Assembly: GCA_963666565.1 (NCBI GenBank)
Contig: OY762911.1
Coordinates: 1,760,001-1,824,000 of the forward strand
Length of the DNA stretch: 64,000 nucleotides
Reading direction: 5' to 3'
From: Thermoanaerobaculia bacterium
GTDB taxonomy: Bacteria > Acidobacteriota > Thermoanaerobaculia > Multivoradales > Multivoraceae
Shown here: piece after piece, positions 1-9,258 of the stretch
Position numbering within the stretch: the first letter of the stretch is position 1
Layout: every line of letters begins with the position of its first letter
The notes under the pieces: model-generated
The model's database searches: none
What the model was told of the DNA's origin: nothing
Seen by the model: the letters and a program-made list of their open reading frames with translations, nothing else
Translations under genes and position numbers: made by a program

Positions 1-57
1 CAGGGTCCAGCGGTCGCCCGAATCGCGTGCTTTCGGCGGGATGCCGGCGGCGGGCAT
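1..57 (-). CDS. 5' end of a gene running off the window (MPAAGIPPKARDSGDRWTL...), product unknown
   Basis: ATG at 57 with a TAGACT -10-like box 7 nt upstream; frame open to the window edge. Confidence 0.35.
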   Translation of the reverse strand, partial: MPAAGIPPKARDSGDRWTL

Positions 58-211
58 GGTTGGCAGTCTAGCGCCGCGGAAACGTCGTCAATGGAGGGCT
101 TTACAAGCGTTACGAACATCTTTCAGAGGCTTGATGACTTCGCCCCGAAGCGGCCCGTAGGGTTATCCGGCCTTGAAAACGACGAACCCTGAAACCGATA
201 GGAGACACGAG

Positions 212-703
212 ATGAGGAATACGTTGAATCGCGTCCCGGCCGCCCTCGCCGCCTTGTTCGCCGGCTTCCTGCTGGCTGCCGCCCCGATGGCCGCTCAGGA
301 CGAGGAGCGGCGCGGCAAGCGCGGCGACTTCGCCGGACGGCAGATGGAACGCGTCGCCCGCGTCCTCCAGTTGACCGACGACCAGCAGGCGCAGTGGCGT
401 GCGGCCCACGAGCAGCACGGCGCGACGATCCGCGGTCTGATGACCGAGATGCGCGACCTGCACCAGCGCCTGAACGACGAGGCCGAGAGCGCGGCCCCGG
501 ACGCCACGGCCGTCGGCCAGCTCGAGCTCGACCGGCGTGCCGCCGGCAAGCGGATCGAGGCGGCGCGCCAGGCGTTGAACGAAGACCTGGAGGCCCTGCT
601 CGACCACGACCAGCGGATCCGCTGGGAGACGATGCGTGAGTCCGGCCCCGGGGGCCGGGGCGGTCCCGCTGGCCGCGGTCCGCGCGGACGCAACCCGCGC
701 TAG
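212..703 (+). CDS. Spy/CpxP-family periplasmic chaperone / heavy-metal-sensor-like protein
   Basis: Signal peptide ending APMAAQ; LQLTDDQQAQW and LLDHDQR (LTxxQ-like) motifs; helical; AGGAG RBS upstream. Confidence 0.75.
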   Translation: MRNTLNRVPAALAALFAGFLLAAAPMAAQDEERRGKRGDFAGRQMERVARVLQLTDDQQAQWRAAHEQHGATIRGLMTEMRDLHQRLNDEAESAAPDATAVGQLELDRRAAGKRIEAARQALNEDLEALLDHDQRIRWETMRESGPGGRGGPAGRGPRGRNPR

Positions 704-730
704 TCCGGGAATGGGCCAACAGGGCTTGGC

Positions 731-754
731 CGGGCCTCGGGAGACCGGGGCCCG
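731..754 (+). terminator. GC-rich hairpin, possible terminator
   Basis: CGGGCCTCGG-GAGA-CCGGGGCCCG about 30 nt after the stop; U-tail is weak. Confidence 0.4.
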
Positions 755-864
755 CGCCTTGGCGGCTGGCTTCTTGCGACGTCCGGGTAGCCACCGACCG
801 TTAGGATCGCCGCTCACTCGATCGGACCGGGCGGCGTGTTTCGCCGCCTGTGGAGGTGTTCGGC

Positions 865-1755
865 ATGGCAGACGTAGCGTTCGTCGGACTGGGAGTCATG
901 GGCTATCCGATGGCGGGCCATCTGGCTGGCGCCGGCCATCGTGTGACCGTGTTCAACCGCACCGCGGAGAAGGCGGCGGCCTGGGTCGAGGAGCACGGCG
1001 GCGAGAGCGCCGCGACGCCGGCGGAAGCCGCGGATGGCGCCGAGTTCGTGTTCTGCTGCGTGGGCAACGACGACGACGTGCGGGCGGTGACGCTGGATTC
1101 CGGCGGCGCGCTCGCGGGGATGGCCGCGGGCAGCGTCCTCGTCGACCACACGACGGCGTCGGCGCAGATCGCCCGCGAACTCGCCGACGCCTGCGAGGAG
1201 AAGGGCTGCGGCTTCCTCGACGCCCCGGTCTCGGGCGGTCAGGCGGGTGCCGAGAACGGGGCGCTGACCGTGATGTGCGGCGGCGAACCGGACGTGTTCG
1301 AGCGGGTGAACGCGGTGATCGACTGCTACAGCCGCTCGGTCTCACTGCTCGGCCCCGCCGGCAGCGGCCAGTTGACCAAGGCGGTCAACCAGCTCTGCAT
1401 CGCCGGCATCGTCCAGGGTCTCTCCGAGGGCATCCACTTCGCGGAGAAGGCCGGACTCGACCCGCTGGCGGTGATCGGCGCGATCTCGACCGGCGCCGCG
1501 GGCTCGTGGCAGATGGACAACCGCGCCGAGACGATGGTCGAGGGCAAGTTCGACTACGGCTTCGCCGTCCAGTGGATGCGCAAGGATCTCGGCATCGCCC
1601 TGGAGGAGGCGCGCCGCAACGGCGCCCATCTGCCCCTGGCCGCACTCGTCGACCAGTTCTACAGCGAGGTGACCGCGCTCGGCGGCCTTCGCTGGGACAC
1701 GTCGAGCCTGGTGGTCCGTCTGCGGGCGATGGGCGAGAGCGGCGACTCGGGCTAG
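865..1755 (+). CDS. NAD(P)-dependent oxidoreductase, 3-hydroxyisobutyrate dehydrogenase / 2-hydroxy-3-oxopropionate reductase family
   Basis: FVGLGVMGYPMA Rossmann motif, FLDAPVSGG, GSGQLTKAVNQ catalytic Lys; GGAGG RBS. Confidence 0.92.
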   Translation: MADVAFVGLGVMGYPMAGHLAGAGHRVTVFNRTAEKAAAWVEEHGGESAATPAEAADGAEFVFCCVGNDDDVRAVTLDSGGALAGMAAGSVLVDHTTASAQIARELADACEEKGCGFLDAPVSGGQAGAENGALTVMCGGEPDVFERVNAVIDCYSRSVSLLGPAGSGQLTKAVNQLCIAGIVQGLSEGIHFAEKAGLDPLAVIGAISTGAAGSWQMDNRAETMVEGKFDYGFAVQWMRKDLGIALEEARRNGAHLPLAALVDQFYSEVTALGGLRWDTSSLVVRLRAMGESGDSG

Positions 1756-1809
1756 CGCTAACGAGGCTTCGCCTCAGACCGACGAGCATGGGGGCTGCGG
1801 ACGCCCCAA

Positions 1810-1838
1810 ACTGGGGACGCCGGCGCACCCGGTGTGTG
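1810..1838. repeat. Degenerate copy of the REP-like palindromic family
   Basis: ACTGGGGACGCCGGCGCACCCGGTGTGTG is near-identical to 58329-58357 and similar to the inner part of 46710-46784; lies between convergent genes. Confidence 0.6.
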
Positions 1839-1891
1839 GCCCTGTTCCCCTGCCCGACAGCGCAGCGGTACCGCTGCGAGCACTTCCAGGT

Positions 1892-2533
1892 CTAGGACAC
1901 GTTCGGATCGCCAGCGACGTATAAGCGCCACAGGCGGTTCGCGGCGCGCGAGACGCCGATGCGGCCGCTGCGGCCGGGTCGCTCCGGCGCCGGCGTGCCG
2001 TCGTCGGCGATGAAGACGGGCAGGCGACCGCGGACAGGCGCCGCGGCGGCGTCCGCAGCCGGAACCAGGTCGGCGCCGTCGTCGCGGCGGTCGAGGCCGA
2101 AGGCCTGGCAGAGGCGGGCGGGGCCGGAGCAGAGGTCGACGGAGCGGAGCGGCCTGGCGGAGCGGCGGCGGCTGGCCGCGTTGCGGGCGCGGCGCATGAT
2201 GCCTTCGCCGGCTAGCGGCGCCAGCGCCCGGAGAAGCACTGCCGAGCAGACGCCCTCCTCGCCGCAGACGACGTTGGCGCAGTGGTGCATGCCGTAGGTG
2301 AAGTAGACGTAGAGATGTCCGGGCGGACCGAACATAGTCCGGTTGCGGTTCGTCATGCCGCGGTGGCCGTGGCTCGACGGGTCGGTCGCGCCTTCGTACG
2401 CCTCGACCTCGACGATGCGGGCGGCGCGGCTGCCGCGGACGAGGATCTTGTTGAGCAGCGCCGGCGCCGCGTCGAGGGCCGGACGAGCGTAGATCGACCG
2501 GGGGAGTGGCCGCAGATCGAGCGCAGGCTTCAA
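1892..2533 (-). CDS. mpg: DNA-3-methyladenine glycosylase (MPG/AAG family)
   Basis: RIVEVEAYEG, MFGPPGHLYVYFTYGMHHCANVV, AVLLRAL, LCSGPARLCQA, RIGV motifs; TTG start uncertain. Confidence 0.9.
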   Translation of the reverse strand: MKPALDLRPLPRSIYARPALDAAPALLNKILVRGSRAARIVEVEAYEGATDPSSHGHRGMTNRNRTMFGPPGHLYVYFTYGMHHCANVVCGEEGVCSAVLLRALAPLAGEGIMRRARNAASRRRSARPLRSVDLCSGPARLCQAFGLDRRDDGADLVPAADAAAAPVRGRLPVFIADDGTPAPERPGRSGRIGVSRAANRLWRLYVAGDPNVS

Positions 2534-2574
2534 GCGGGCGCCGCTGTTCGAGCCGGCCTCGGCGCTCCGCGTCG

Positions 2575-2991
2575 TCAGGGGCCGACGGCCTCCAGGTCCG
2601 TCGCCGGCCCCATGTAGGCGCGGATCTCGTCCGGCGTCTCCATCTTCGTGTACTCCGGCACCTGCACGCTCACGTAGAGGATCTCGCCGGTGAAGACGAG
2701 CCGCCCTTCGTGGGTGCCGCGGTAGCCGAGGGTCCACGAGGTGCGCCCCCAGTGGCGGACGGCGAGGTCGATGTCCAGCAGGTCGCCGTCGGTGACCGAG
2801 CCGAGGAAGTCGATCGTGGCGCGACGGAGCATCATGTCCCACTTCAGCCGTTCGCGGAGCGGCCGCATCGGCAGCAGCCAGGTCTCCATCGCGTCGTCCA
2901 TGTAGGCCATGTAGTGGGCGTTGTAGACGACGCCCTGCTTGTCGACCTCGCCGTAGCGGACGCGGATCGTGTGCCGGTAGGGCGTGGTCAC
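2575..2991 (-). CDS. Acyl-CoA thioesterase (4HBT/YbgC hot-dog family)
   Basis: VRYGEVDKQGVVYNAHY motif; GTG start overlaps the upstream stop (GTGA). Confidence 0.85.
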   Translation of the reverse strand: MTTPYRHTIRVRYGEVDKQGVVYNAHYMAYMDDAMETWLLPMRPLRERLKWDMMLRRATIDFLGSVTDGDLLDIDLAVRHWGRTSWTLGYRGTHEGRLVFTGEILYVSVQVPEYTKMETPDEIRAYMGPATDLEAVGP

Positions 2992-5180
2992 GTGCCGGAG
3001 CGCGGCTGGAAGCCCGGTTCCAGGCCGAGCGCCCAGGCCGCGAAGGCCCACTGGTCGGCGACGTCCTCGATCTGCATCCAGGTCGGCTTGCCGGCGCCGT
3101 GGCCGGCCCGGGTCTCGACCCGGATCAGGACCGGGCTGCCGCAGCCCTGCGCCCGCTGCATCTCGGCCGCGTACTTGAAGCTGTGCCACGGCACGACGCG
3201 GTCGTCGTGGTCGGCGGTGGTGATCAGGGTCGGCGGGTAGCAGGCGCCCTCCTGCACGTTGTGGAGCGGCGAGTACGCGTACTGGGCCCGGAACTCGTCC
3301 TCGTTCTCGGAGAGGCCGTAGTCGGTCGACCAGTTGCGGGCGTTCGCGCTCGGCAGGTGGTATCGGAGCATGTCGAGGACGCCGACCGCCGGCAGCGCCG
3401 CCGCGAACAGGTCGGGCCGCTGGTTGAGCGTCGCGCCGACCAGGAGGCCGCCGTTGCTGCCGCCCTGGATCGCGATGCGTCCGGCGCTCGTGTAGCCCTC
3501 GGCGACCAGCCATTCCGCGGCGGCGATGAAGTCGTCGAAGACGTTCTGCTTCTTCTCCTTGGTGCCGGCGAGGTGCCACTCGCGGCCGTACTCGCCGCCG
3601 CCGCGCAGGTTCGGGATCGCCAACACGCCGCCCATCTCGAGCCACGCCAGGCGGGACGAGGAGAAGCCGGGCGTCAGCGAGATGTTGAAGCCGCCGTAGC
3701 CGTAGAGGAGAGTCGGGTTGTCGCCGTTCTTCTCGAGTCCCGCGCGGTGGGTGATGAACATCGGGATGCGCGTGCCGTCGCGGCTCTCGTAGAAGACCTG
3801 CTCCGTTTCGTAGTCGCCCAGATCGGCGTCGATGGCGGGGCTGCGGACCAGTTCGCTCTCGCCGGAGGCCACGTCGTAGCGGTGGATCTGCGACGGCGTG
3901 CCGAAGCTGGAGTAGGAGTAGAAGGTCTCGGTCTCCTCCCAGCGGCCGCCGAAGCCGCCGGCGGTGCCGATGCCGGGCAGATCGACCTCGCCGGCCGGGG
4001 TCGCGGGCTCGATGCCGTTCGGCTCGGCGAGGCGGACGACGGTGCGGGCGTCGTGCAGGTAGTTCAGGATCAGCTTGCCGCCGACCGCCGACGCGTAGGA
4101 GAGCGTGTCGTCGGATTCGGCGAGGACCTCGTGGAGCGTCGGGGCGCCGGGGGCGCCGTCTTCGTCCACGTCGACCGCGACGATCCGGTTGCGCGGCGCG
4201 TCCTTGTTCGTCTCGAACAGGAACACCGGACCCACGTTGACGATGTAGCCGTAGAGAGCGTCCCACCGGTCGAGGAGCGGGCGAATCGCCGAGTCCGGCT
4301 CGTCGATCTTCCGGTAGTGGACCGCGTTCTCCAGGTATCCCTCCTGCAGGTTGACCAGCAGGTAGGCGCCGTCTTCGGTCACGGACGCGTACGGGTTGCG
4401 GCGCGGATGCTCGGGCTGGCTGAACACGAGCCGGTCCTCGCTCTGATCCGTGCCCAGGGCATGGAAGTAGACGGACACCGCCTTCGAGCCGTCTCCCCTG
4501 CTCGGGTCGTCCTCGCGCGGGGGATAGCGGCTGTAGAAGAACCCCGAGTTGTCGGGCATCCAGGAGATGGACGTGAACTTCGTGTAGTCGATCAGGTCGC
4601 CGGTGTCCTCGCCGGTCTCGACGTCGAGCACCTTCCACTTGCGCCAGTCCGAGCCGCCGTCCGACTGCGCGTAGGCCACGTATTGCCCGTCCCGGCTGGG
4701 CGCGAAGCCGGCGAGCGCCACCGTGGCGTCGTCGCTCCACGCGTTCGGGTCGAGCAGGACGCGGCCGGGCGGTTCGTCGCCCTCCCGGTCCATCGACTCC
4801 GCCACGTAGACGACGCTCTGGTCCTGGAGCCCGTCGTTGTGGTTGTAGAAGTAGCGCTCGCCCCGCTTGCCGGGGGTGCTCCAGCGCTCGTAGTTCCAGA
4901 TCTGGCGCAGCCGCTCCTCGATCGCTTCGCGGCCGGGAAGCGCGGCCAGGAATGGCTCCGCGACTTCGTTTTGAGCAGCGACCCAGGCCGCCGTCTCCCC
5001 GCCGTCTAGGTCTTCCAGCCAGCGGTACGGATCCGCGACCTGGACGCCGAAGTAGTCGTCGACCTGGTCGACCGTCCGGGTCTCGGGATACTCGACCGGC
5101 CCGGGGTCGAAGCTGTCGGTGGAGCAGGCCAAGAGAGGTAGAACGAGAGCCGGCGCGAGCCGGCGAAGAGTCTGTTTCAT
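2988..5180 (-). CDS. Prolyl oligopeptidase (S9A), lipoprotein
   Basis: DPYRWLED, YGYGGF, GGSNGGLL (Ser), DDRV (Asp), AGHGAG (His); lipobox LLAC. Confidence 0.95.
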   Translation of the reverse strand: MKQTLRRLAPALVLPLLACSTDSFDPGPVEYPETRTVDQVDDYFGVQVADPYRWLEDLDGGETAAWVAAQNEVAEPFLAALPGREAIEERLRQIWNYERWSTPGKRGERYFYNHNDGLQDQSVVYVAESMDREGDEPPGRVLLDPNAWSDDATVALAGFAPSRDGQYVAYAQSDGGSDWRKWKVLDVETGEDTGDLIDYTKFTSISWMPDNSGFFYSRYPPREDDPSRGDGSKAVSVYFHALGTDQSEDRLVFSQPEHPRRNPYASVTEDGAYLLVNLQEGYLENAVHYRKIDEPDSAIRPLLDRWDALYGYIVNVGPVFLFETNKDAPRNRIVAVDVDEDGAPGAPTLHEVLAESDDTLSYASAVGGKLILNYLHDARTVVRLAEPNGIEPATPAGEVDLPGIGTAGGFGGRWEETETFYSYSSFGTPSQIHRYDVASGESELVRSPAIDADLGDYETEQVFYESRDGTRIPMFITHRAGLEKNGDNPTLLYGYGGFNISLTPGFSSSRLAWLEMGGVLAIPNLRGGGEYGREWHLAGTKEKKQNVFDDFIAAAEWLVAEGYTSAGRIAIQGGSNGGLLVGATLNQRPDLFAAALPAVGVLDMLRYHLPSANARNWSTDYGLSENEDEFRAQYAYSPLHNVQEGACYPPTLITTADHDDRVVPWHSFKYAAEMQRAQGCGSPVLIRVETRAGHGAGKPTWMQIEDVADQWAFAAWALGLEPGFQPRSGT

Positions 5181-5204
5181 GATGGGGTCGGATTATAGGC
5201 GGAG

Positions 5205-5226
5205 CGTTGGTGTATCGTTGGTGTAT
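5205..5226 (+). promoter_or_regulatory. Direct repeat with a -10 box at the vapB start (putative leaderless promoter/operator)
   Basis: CGTTGGTGTAT x2 in tandem; TATCGT at 5213-5218 is 6 nt before the ATG; no SD sequence. Confidence 0.45.
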
Positions 5227-5428
5227 GACACGCACGAATCTCGATATTGACGATGGCGCCTGCGCCGAGATCATGCGCCGGTACCGGCTCAAGACGAAGC
5301 GTGAGGCTGTCAACTTCGCCCTGCGTACGCTTGCCGCGGAGCCGCTGACCCTGGACGAGGCCAGGCGAATGCGCGGAACGGGTTGGACGGGTGACCTGGA
5401 GGAGATGAGGGCGACCCGATCGTCATGA
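5225..5428 (+). CDS. vapB: VapB-family antitoxin
   Basis: MTRTNLDIDD...TKREAVNFALR RHH-type pattern, GWTGDLEEMR tail; ATGA overlap with the PIN gene. Confidence 0.88.
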   Translation: MTRTNLDIDDGACAEIMRRYRLKTKREAVNFALRTLAAEPLTLDEARRMRGTGWTGDLEEMRATRSS

Positions 5429-5811
5429 TTCTGGTCGATACGTCGGCCTGGGTCGAGTTCTTGAGGGACACCGGCTCGCCGACCTGTGCCCGGGTGGGCG
5501 AGGTGCTTGGGGGTGAGATCGCCATCTGCGAAGCGATCCGCATGGAGGTTCTCGCCGGGGGTCGAGACGGACGCAACCTGGACAATCTGCGGCGTCTGCT
5601 GGCGAGGGCCGTGATGATCTCCATCGAGCCACGCGACTTCGACGTCGCGGCTGCCCTTTACCGTGACTGTCGTCGTCGCGGGGAGACCGTTCGGAAGCTG
5701 ATCGACTGCCTGATCGCGGCGGTGGCGATACGCGCAGACGTGCCGGTTCTCCACAGCGACTCGGACTTCGAGACCCTGTCGCGGCACACGGCTCTCAAGC
5801 TCGACTCTTGA
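5425..5811 (+). CDS. vapC: VapC PIN-domain ribonuclease toxin
   Basis: MILVDTSAW, EVLAG, IDCLIAA, HSDSDF acidic PIN residues. Confidence 0.92.
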   Translation: MILVDTSAWVEFLRDTGSPTCARVGEVLGGEIAICEAIRMEVLAGGRDGRNLDNLRRLLARAVMISIEPRDFDVAAALYRDCRRRGETVRKLIDCLIAAVAIRADVPVLHSDSDFETLSRHTALKLDS

Positions 5812-5822
5812 CCGAACGCCGG

Positions 5823-6512
5823 TCAGCGCCCCAGCACGCTTCGACACCATTCGCTGACCGCCTCGGCTACCTCGCGGTCGACGTCCTCCTGTTCGCGGCC
5901 TGACCGCTTGAGGACGTGCAGGCTGTGGTCGCCGCCTTCGACGAGGTGAAGCGTGGCGCGCGGGCCGAGCCGCTCGCAGACGCCGGCCAGGAGATCCGGG
6001 TCGGCGAGGCGGTCGCGGGTGCCGTTCAGGAAGAGCCTCGGCTTCGCGATCTCGCTCAGATGGTCGGCTCGTGACGTTCCCGGTTTGCCCGGCGGGTGGA
6101 GCGGGAAGGCGTGGAAGACGAAGCCGGCGACGTCGAGCGGTTCGACGGCGTCGGCGCCCGAGGCCATGCGGCCTCCCATCGAGCGGCCGCCCGCAAGGAG
6201 CGGCAGTTCGGGGCGGAGGGTCTGGGCGCAAGCCACGGCGGCGCGGACGGTTCCTTGGAGCACGGCGGGCGGGTCGGGACGGCGGCGGCCGGCTTCGACG
6301 TACGGGAATTGGAACCGCAGCGTGGCGATTCCGAGGCGGGCCACGCCCGTGGCGAAGGTCTCGATGGTCGCGTGACGCATGCCCGCGCCGGCGCCGTGGG
6401 CGAAGACGAGCAGGCAGCGAGCGTCTGCGGGCTCGAGCAGGAGGCCACTGACCTGCGTTCGGTCGGAGACGGCGATGCTGGTCGCGGTCGCCTTGAACGG
6501 GTCCGGGTTCAC
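5823..6512 (-). CDS. Alpha/beta hydrolase (KANL3/Tex30-like)
   Basis: FAHGAGAG, GGRSMGGR nucleophile elbow, FPLHPPGKP, GTRD, GGDHS. Confidence 0.88.
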   Translation of the reverse strand: MNPDPFKATATSIAVSDRTQVSGLLLEPADARCLLVFAHGAGAGMRHATIETFATGVARLGIATLRFQFPYVEAGRRRPDPPAVLQGTVRAAVACAQTLRPELPLLAGGRSMGGRMASGADAVEPLDVAGFVFHAFPLHPPGKPGTSRADHLSEIAKPRLFLNGTRDRLADPDLLAGVCERLGPRATLHLVEGGDHSLHVLKRSGREQEDVDREVAEAVSEWCRSVLGR

Positions 6513-6620
6513 GACGGCCAGGAGCCTGTGCCGCGGAACGCAGCGAAGCAGGTTCCGTGACGCAAGGTGCAGGTGCCAACCATGGAGTTCGCGGCGGGTT
6601 TGGCGGCTCTATCGTCCCGG

Positions 6621-7838
6621 TCAGGCGCGCGGGAGTCCGAACGTCGCCGCCGCGCGGTCGGCCAGCGTGTCGCCGATCGCCAGCGACGCCGTGGCGCCGG
6701 GCGAGGGGGCGTTCAGCACGTGGAGCATGCTCGGACTCATCTCGATCGCGAAGTCGTCGACGAGGTTGCCCTTGCGGTCGAGCGCCTGGGCGCGGACGCC
6801 CGAGCCGCCGGGCATGAGGTCCTCGTCGCGCAGGTCCGGTACGAAGCGGCGCAGGTCGCGGGCGAAGCGGGCGCGGCTGCCGGAGCGGGCCATCTCGCCG
6901 AGGCCGACCTTCCAGTAGCGCAGCGACATCTTCCAGAAACCCGGGTAGCTCAGGCTGCTCCAAGCGTCGCGGGCGTCGAAGCTGCCTCGTTCGTAGCCTT
7001 CGCGCTTGAGCGCCAGCACGGCGTTCGGCCCGGCTTCGACGGAGCCGTCGACGCGCCGGGTCAGATGCACGCCGAGGAAGGGGAAGCGCGGGTCGGGCAC
7101 GGGGTAGATCAGGCCGCGCAGCAGGTCGCGGCGCTCGGGCGCGATGTCGAAGTACTCGCCGCGGAAGGGGACGATCCGCACGTTCGGTTCGAGACCCGCC
7201 ATGCGCGCGACGCGGTCCGATTGGAGGCCGGCGCAGTTGATCGCCTGGCGGGCCTCGAACTCGCCCGCGGCCGTTTCGACGACGAGCCCGTCGGGCCGCG
7301 GCTCGATGCCGGTGACCCGGGTCCGCAGGTGGAGCGGGACGCCGGCCTCCTCCAACTCCTCGGCGTAGGCGCGGGCGACCGCCTTGTAGTCGACGATGCC
7401 GGTCTCGGGAACCCACAGCGCGTCGACTCCCGTCGCGTGGGGCTCGAACTCCGGGATCCGCTCGGGCGGCAGGCGTTCGAGCCCGGCGAGGCCGTTCGCG
7501 CGGCCGCGGCGCTCCAGTTCGTCGAGGCGCGGGATCTCGTCCCGGTCGGTCGCGATTACCAGCTTGCCGCAGATCTCGTGCGGGATACCGTGCCGCTCGC
7601 AGAACTCGATCAGCCGCTTTCGCCCGCCGACGCAGTTGCGCGCCTTGAGCGAGCCCGGCTTGTAGTAGAGGCCGGAGTGGATGACGCCGCTGTTGTGGCC
7701 GGTCTGGTGAACGGCGGGCCTGGGCTCCGCCTCGACCACTCGGACGTCGAGGTGGCCGAAGCGGCGCGAGAGGCTGCGGGCGACAGCGAGGCCGATGATC
7801 CCGGCCCCGATGCAGACGACGTCGACGCGCCCCGGCAC
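6621..7838 (-). CDS. lhgO: L-2-hydroxyglutarate oxidase
   Basis: GAGIIG FAD motif, HQTGHNSGVIHSGLYY, IYPVPDPRFPFLGVH, GVRAQAL, HVLNAPSPGATASLAIG. Confidence 0.93.
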   Translation of the reverse strand: MPGRVDVVCIGAGIIGLAVARSLSRRFGHLDVRVVEAEPRPAVHQTGHNSGVIHSGLYYKPGSLKARNCVGGRKRLIEFCERHGIPHEICGKLVIATDRDEIPRLDELERRGRANGLAGLERLPPERIPEFEPHATGVDALWVPETGIVDYKAVARAYAEELEEAGVPLHLRTRVTGIEPRPDGLVVETAAGEFEARQAINCAGLQSDRVARMAGLEPNVRIVPFRGEYFDIAPERRDLLRGLIYPVPDPRFPFLGVHLTRRVDGSVEAGPNAVLALKREGYERGSFDARDAWSSLSYPGFWKMSLRYWKVGLGEMARSGSRARFARDLRRFVPDLRDEDLMPGGSGVRAQALDRKGNLVDDFAIEMSPSMLHVLNAPSPGATASLAIGDTLADRAAATFGLPRA

Positions 7839-7846
7839 GGACCGTC

Positions 7847-9169
7847 TCAGGACTCGGCAGCCGCGTCCGGCGGCGAGCCGCTTCCGTCCGTCGCGGACCC
7901 CCGTGCGGCGCTATCGCCGGGCCCGCCCGTCGCGGCCCCGGCCGCCTGCTCGGACGCTCGGACCTCGTCGCCGTCGCTGTCGCCGGCGGGCGCCCCCGCT
8001 CCCTCGCCGTCCGGCTGGCCCGGAAACGCGGCGCGCGGGTAGCAACCCAGGATGCGCAGTTCGGCGGTCTTCGGCTCGATCGCCTCCAGCGCCTCGGTGA
8101 CCGGCACGGAAGCGGCATGGCCCTCGATGTCCAGGTAGAAGCGGTAGCGCCAGGGCGTCGCCGGGATGGGCCGCGATTCCAGCTTGGTCAGGTTGACGCC
8201 GCGGCGCGAGAAGCTGCGCAGCACGTCGCCCAGGTCGCCGGGATGGTGGCCGGTGGCGAGCAGCAGCGACGTCTTGCACGGCTGGTCGGCCGGACAGGGC
8301 GCGGCCTCCCGGGAGACCTCCACGAAGCGGGTGAAGTTGCCGGCCTGGTTCTGGATGCCGTGGGCGAGGATCTCCAGCCCGAACACGCGCGCCGCCGGCT
8401 CGCTGGCGATGGCGCCGACCGTCGGGTCGTTCCCCTCGCGCACGCGCGCGGCGGCGCCGGCGGTGTCGAACTCGGGCTGGGGGCGCAGCCAGTCGCGGTC
8501 GTGGAAGAACTGGTCGCACTGGCGGAGCGCCTGCGGGTGGGAAAGCACCACGCGCAGGTCCTCGATCTTCGTGCCCGGAAGCGCCAGCAGGCAGTGCGCG
8601 ACCTGGCTGATCACCTCCGCCGTGATGACCAGGCCGCCCTCCGTCAGCAGGTCGTAGGTCTCGTTGATGCTGCCCGCGGTGCTGTTCTCGATCGGCAGCA
8701 GCGCGATGTCGTGGAGACCGTTGCGGACGCCTTCGGCCGCGTCGCGGAAGAGCTCGTAGCCCTGCAGCACGACGCCTCCGCCCCGGCCGGCGTATTGCCG
8801 CTGCGCCGTCAAGTGGCTGAACGAGCCCTCGACGCCCTGGTAGGCCACGCGCAGCGGCGCCCGGTCGAGATCGCGGATGTAGCCCTGCTGCGCCGCGATC
8901 GACATCTCGATCAGCAGCCGGAAGATGCGCTCGGTCTGGTGCGGATCGAGGTCGAGTTCGGCGGCGATCGTCCGCACGCGCGTCAGCAACTGCTCCTCGC
9001 GCAACTGGTCGCGGAACGGGAAAGCGGCGGCGATCTTGGCGGCGGCGACCTCGCGCGAGAGTTCGACTCGCCGCCGAAAGGCCTTCAGCAGGTCTTCGTC
9101 GATCCGCTCCAGCTCCCGGCGTACCGCCTCGAGATCGGGCGAAAGGTCTTGCTCGGCGGCTTCGGCCAT
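7847..9169 (-). CDS. pheA: Bifunctional chorismate mutase / prephenate dehydratase
   Basis: N-terminal CM (VRRELERIDEDL...RDQLREEQ); PDT motifs PIENSTAGSI, SHPQALRQC, NFTRF; ACT motif LTKLESRP. Confidence 0.93.
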   Translation of the reverse strand: MAEAAEQDLSPDLEAVRRELERIDEDLLKAFRRRVELSREVAAAKIAAAFPFRDQLREEQLLTRVRTIAAELDLDPHQTERIFRLLIEMSIAAQQGYIRDLDRAPLRVAYQGVEGSFSHLTAQRQYAGRGGGVVLQGYELFRDAAEGVRNGLHDIALLPIENSTAGSINETYDLLTEGGLVITAEVISQVAHCLLALPGTKIEDLRVVLSHPQALRQCDQFFHDRDWLRPQPEFDTAGAAARVREGNDPTVGAIASEPAARVFGLEILAHGIQNQAGNFTRFVEVSREAAPCPADQPCKTSLLLATGHHPGDLGDVLRSFSRRGVNLTKLESRPIPATPWRYRFYLDIEGHAASVPVTEALEAIEPKTAELRILGCYPRAAFPGQPDGEGAGAPAGDSDGDEVRASEQAAGAATGGPGDSAARGSATDGSGSPPDAAAES

Positions 9170-9258
9170 CGGGATACTCGGCGCTCGCGGCGAAAGGGAA
9201 ACCGCGGGCGCGGAGTATACGGCGGCGCGCCGGCGCACCCGGTTTGCGGCGCAGGCGG

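Noticed and set aside
2575-8118. 1847-aa ORF on the minus strand
   Set aside because: Arg/Pro-rich shadow frame over real genes, caused by stop-codon scarcity at high GC; only the last ~138 aa (thioesterase) is real
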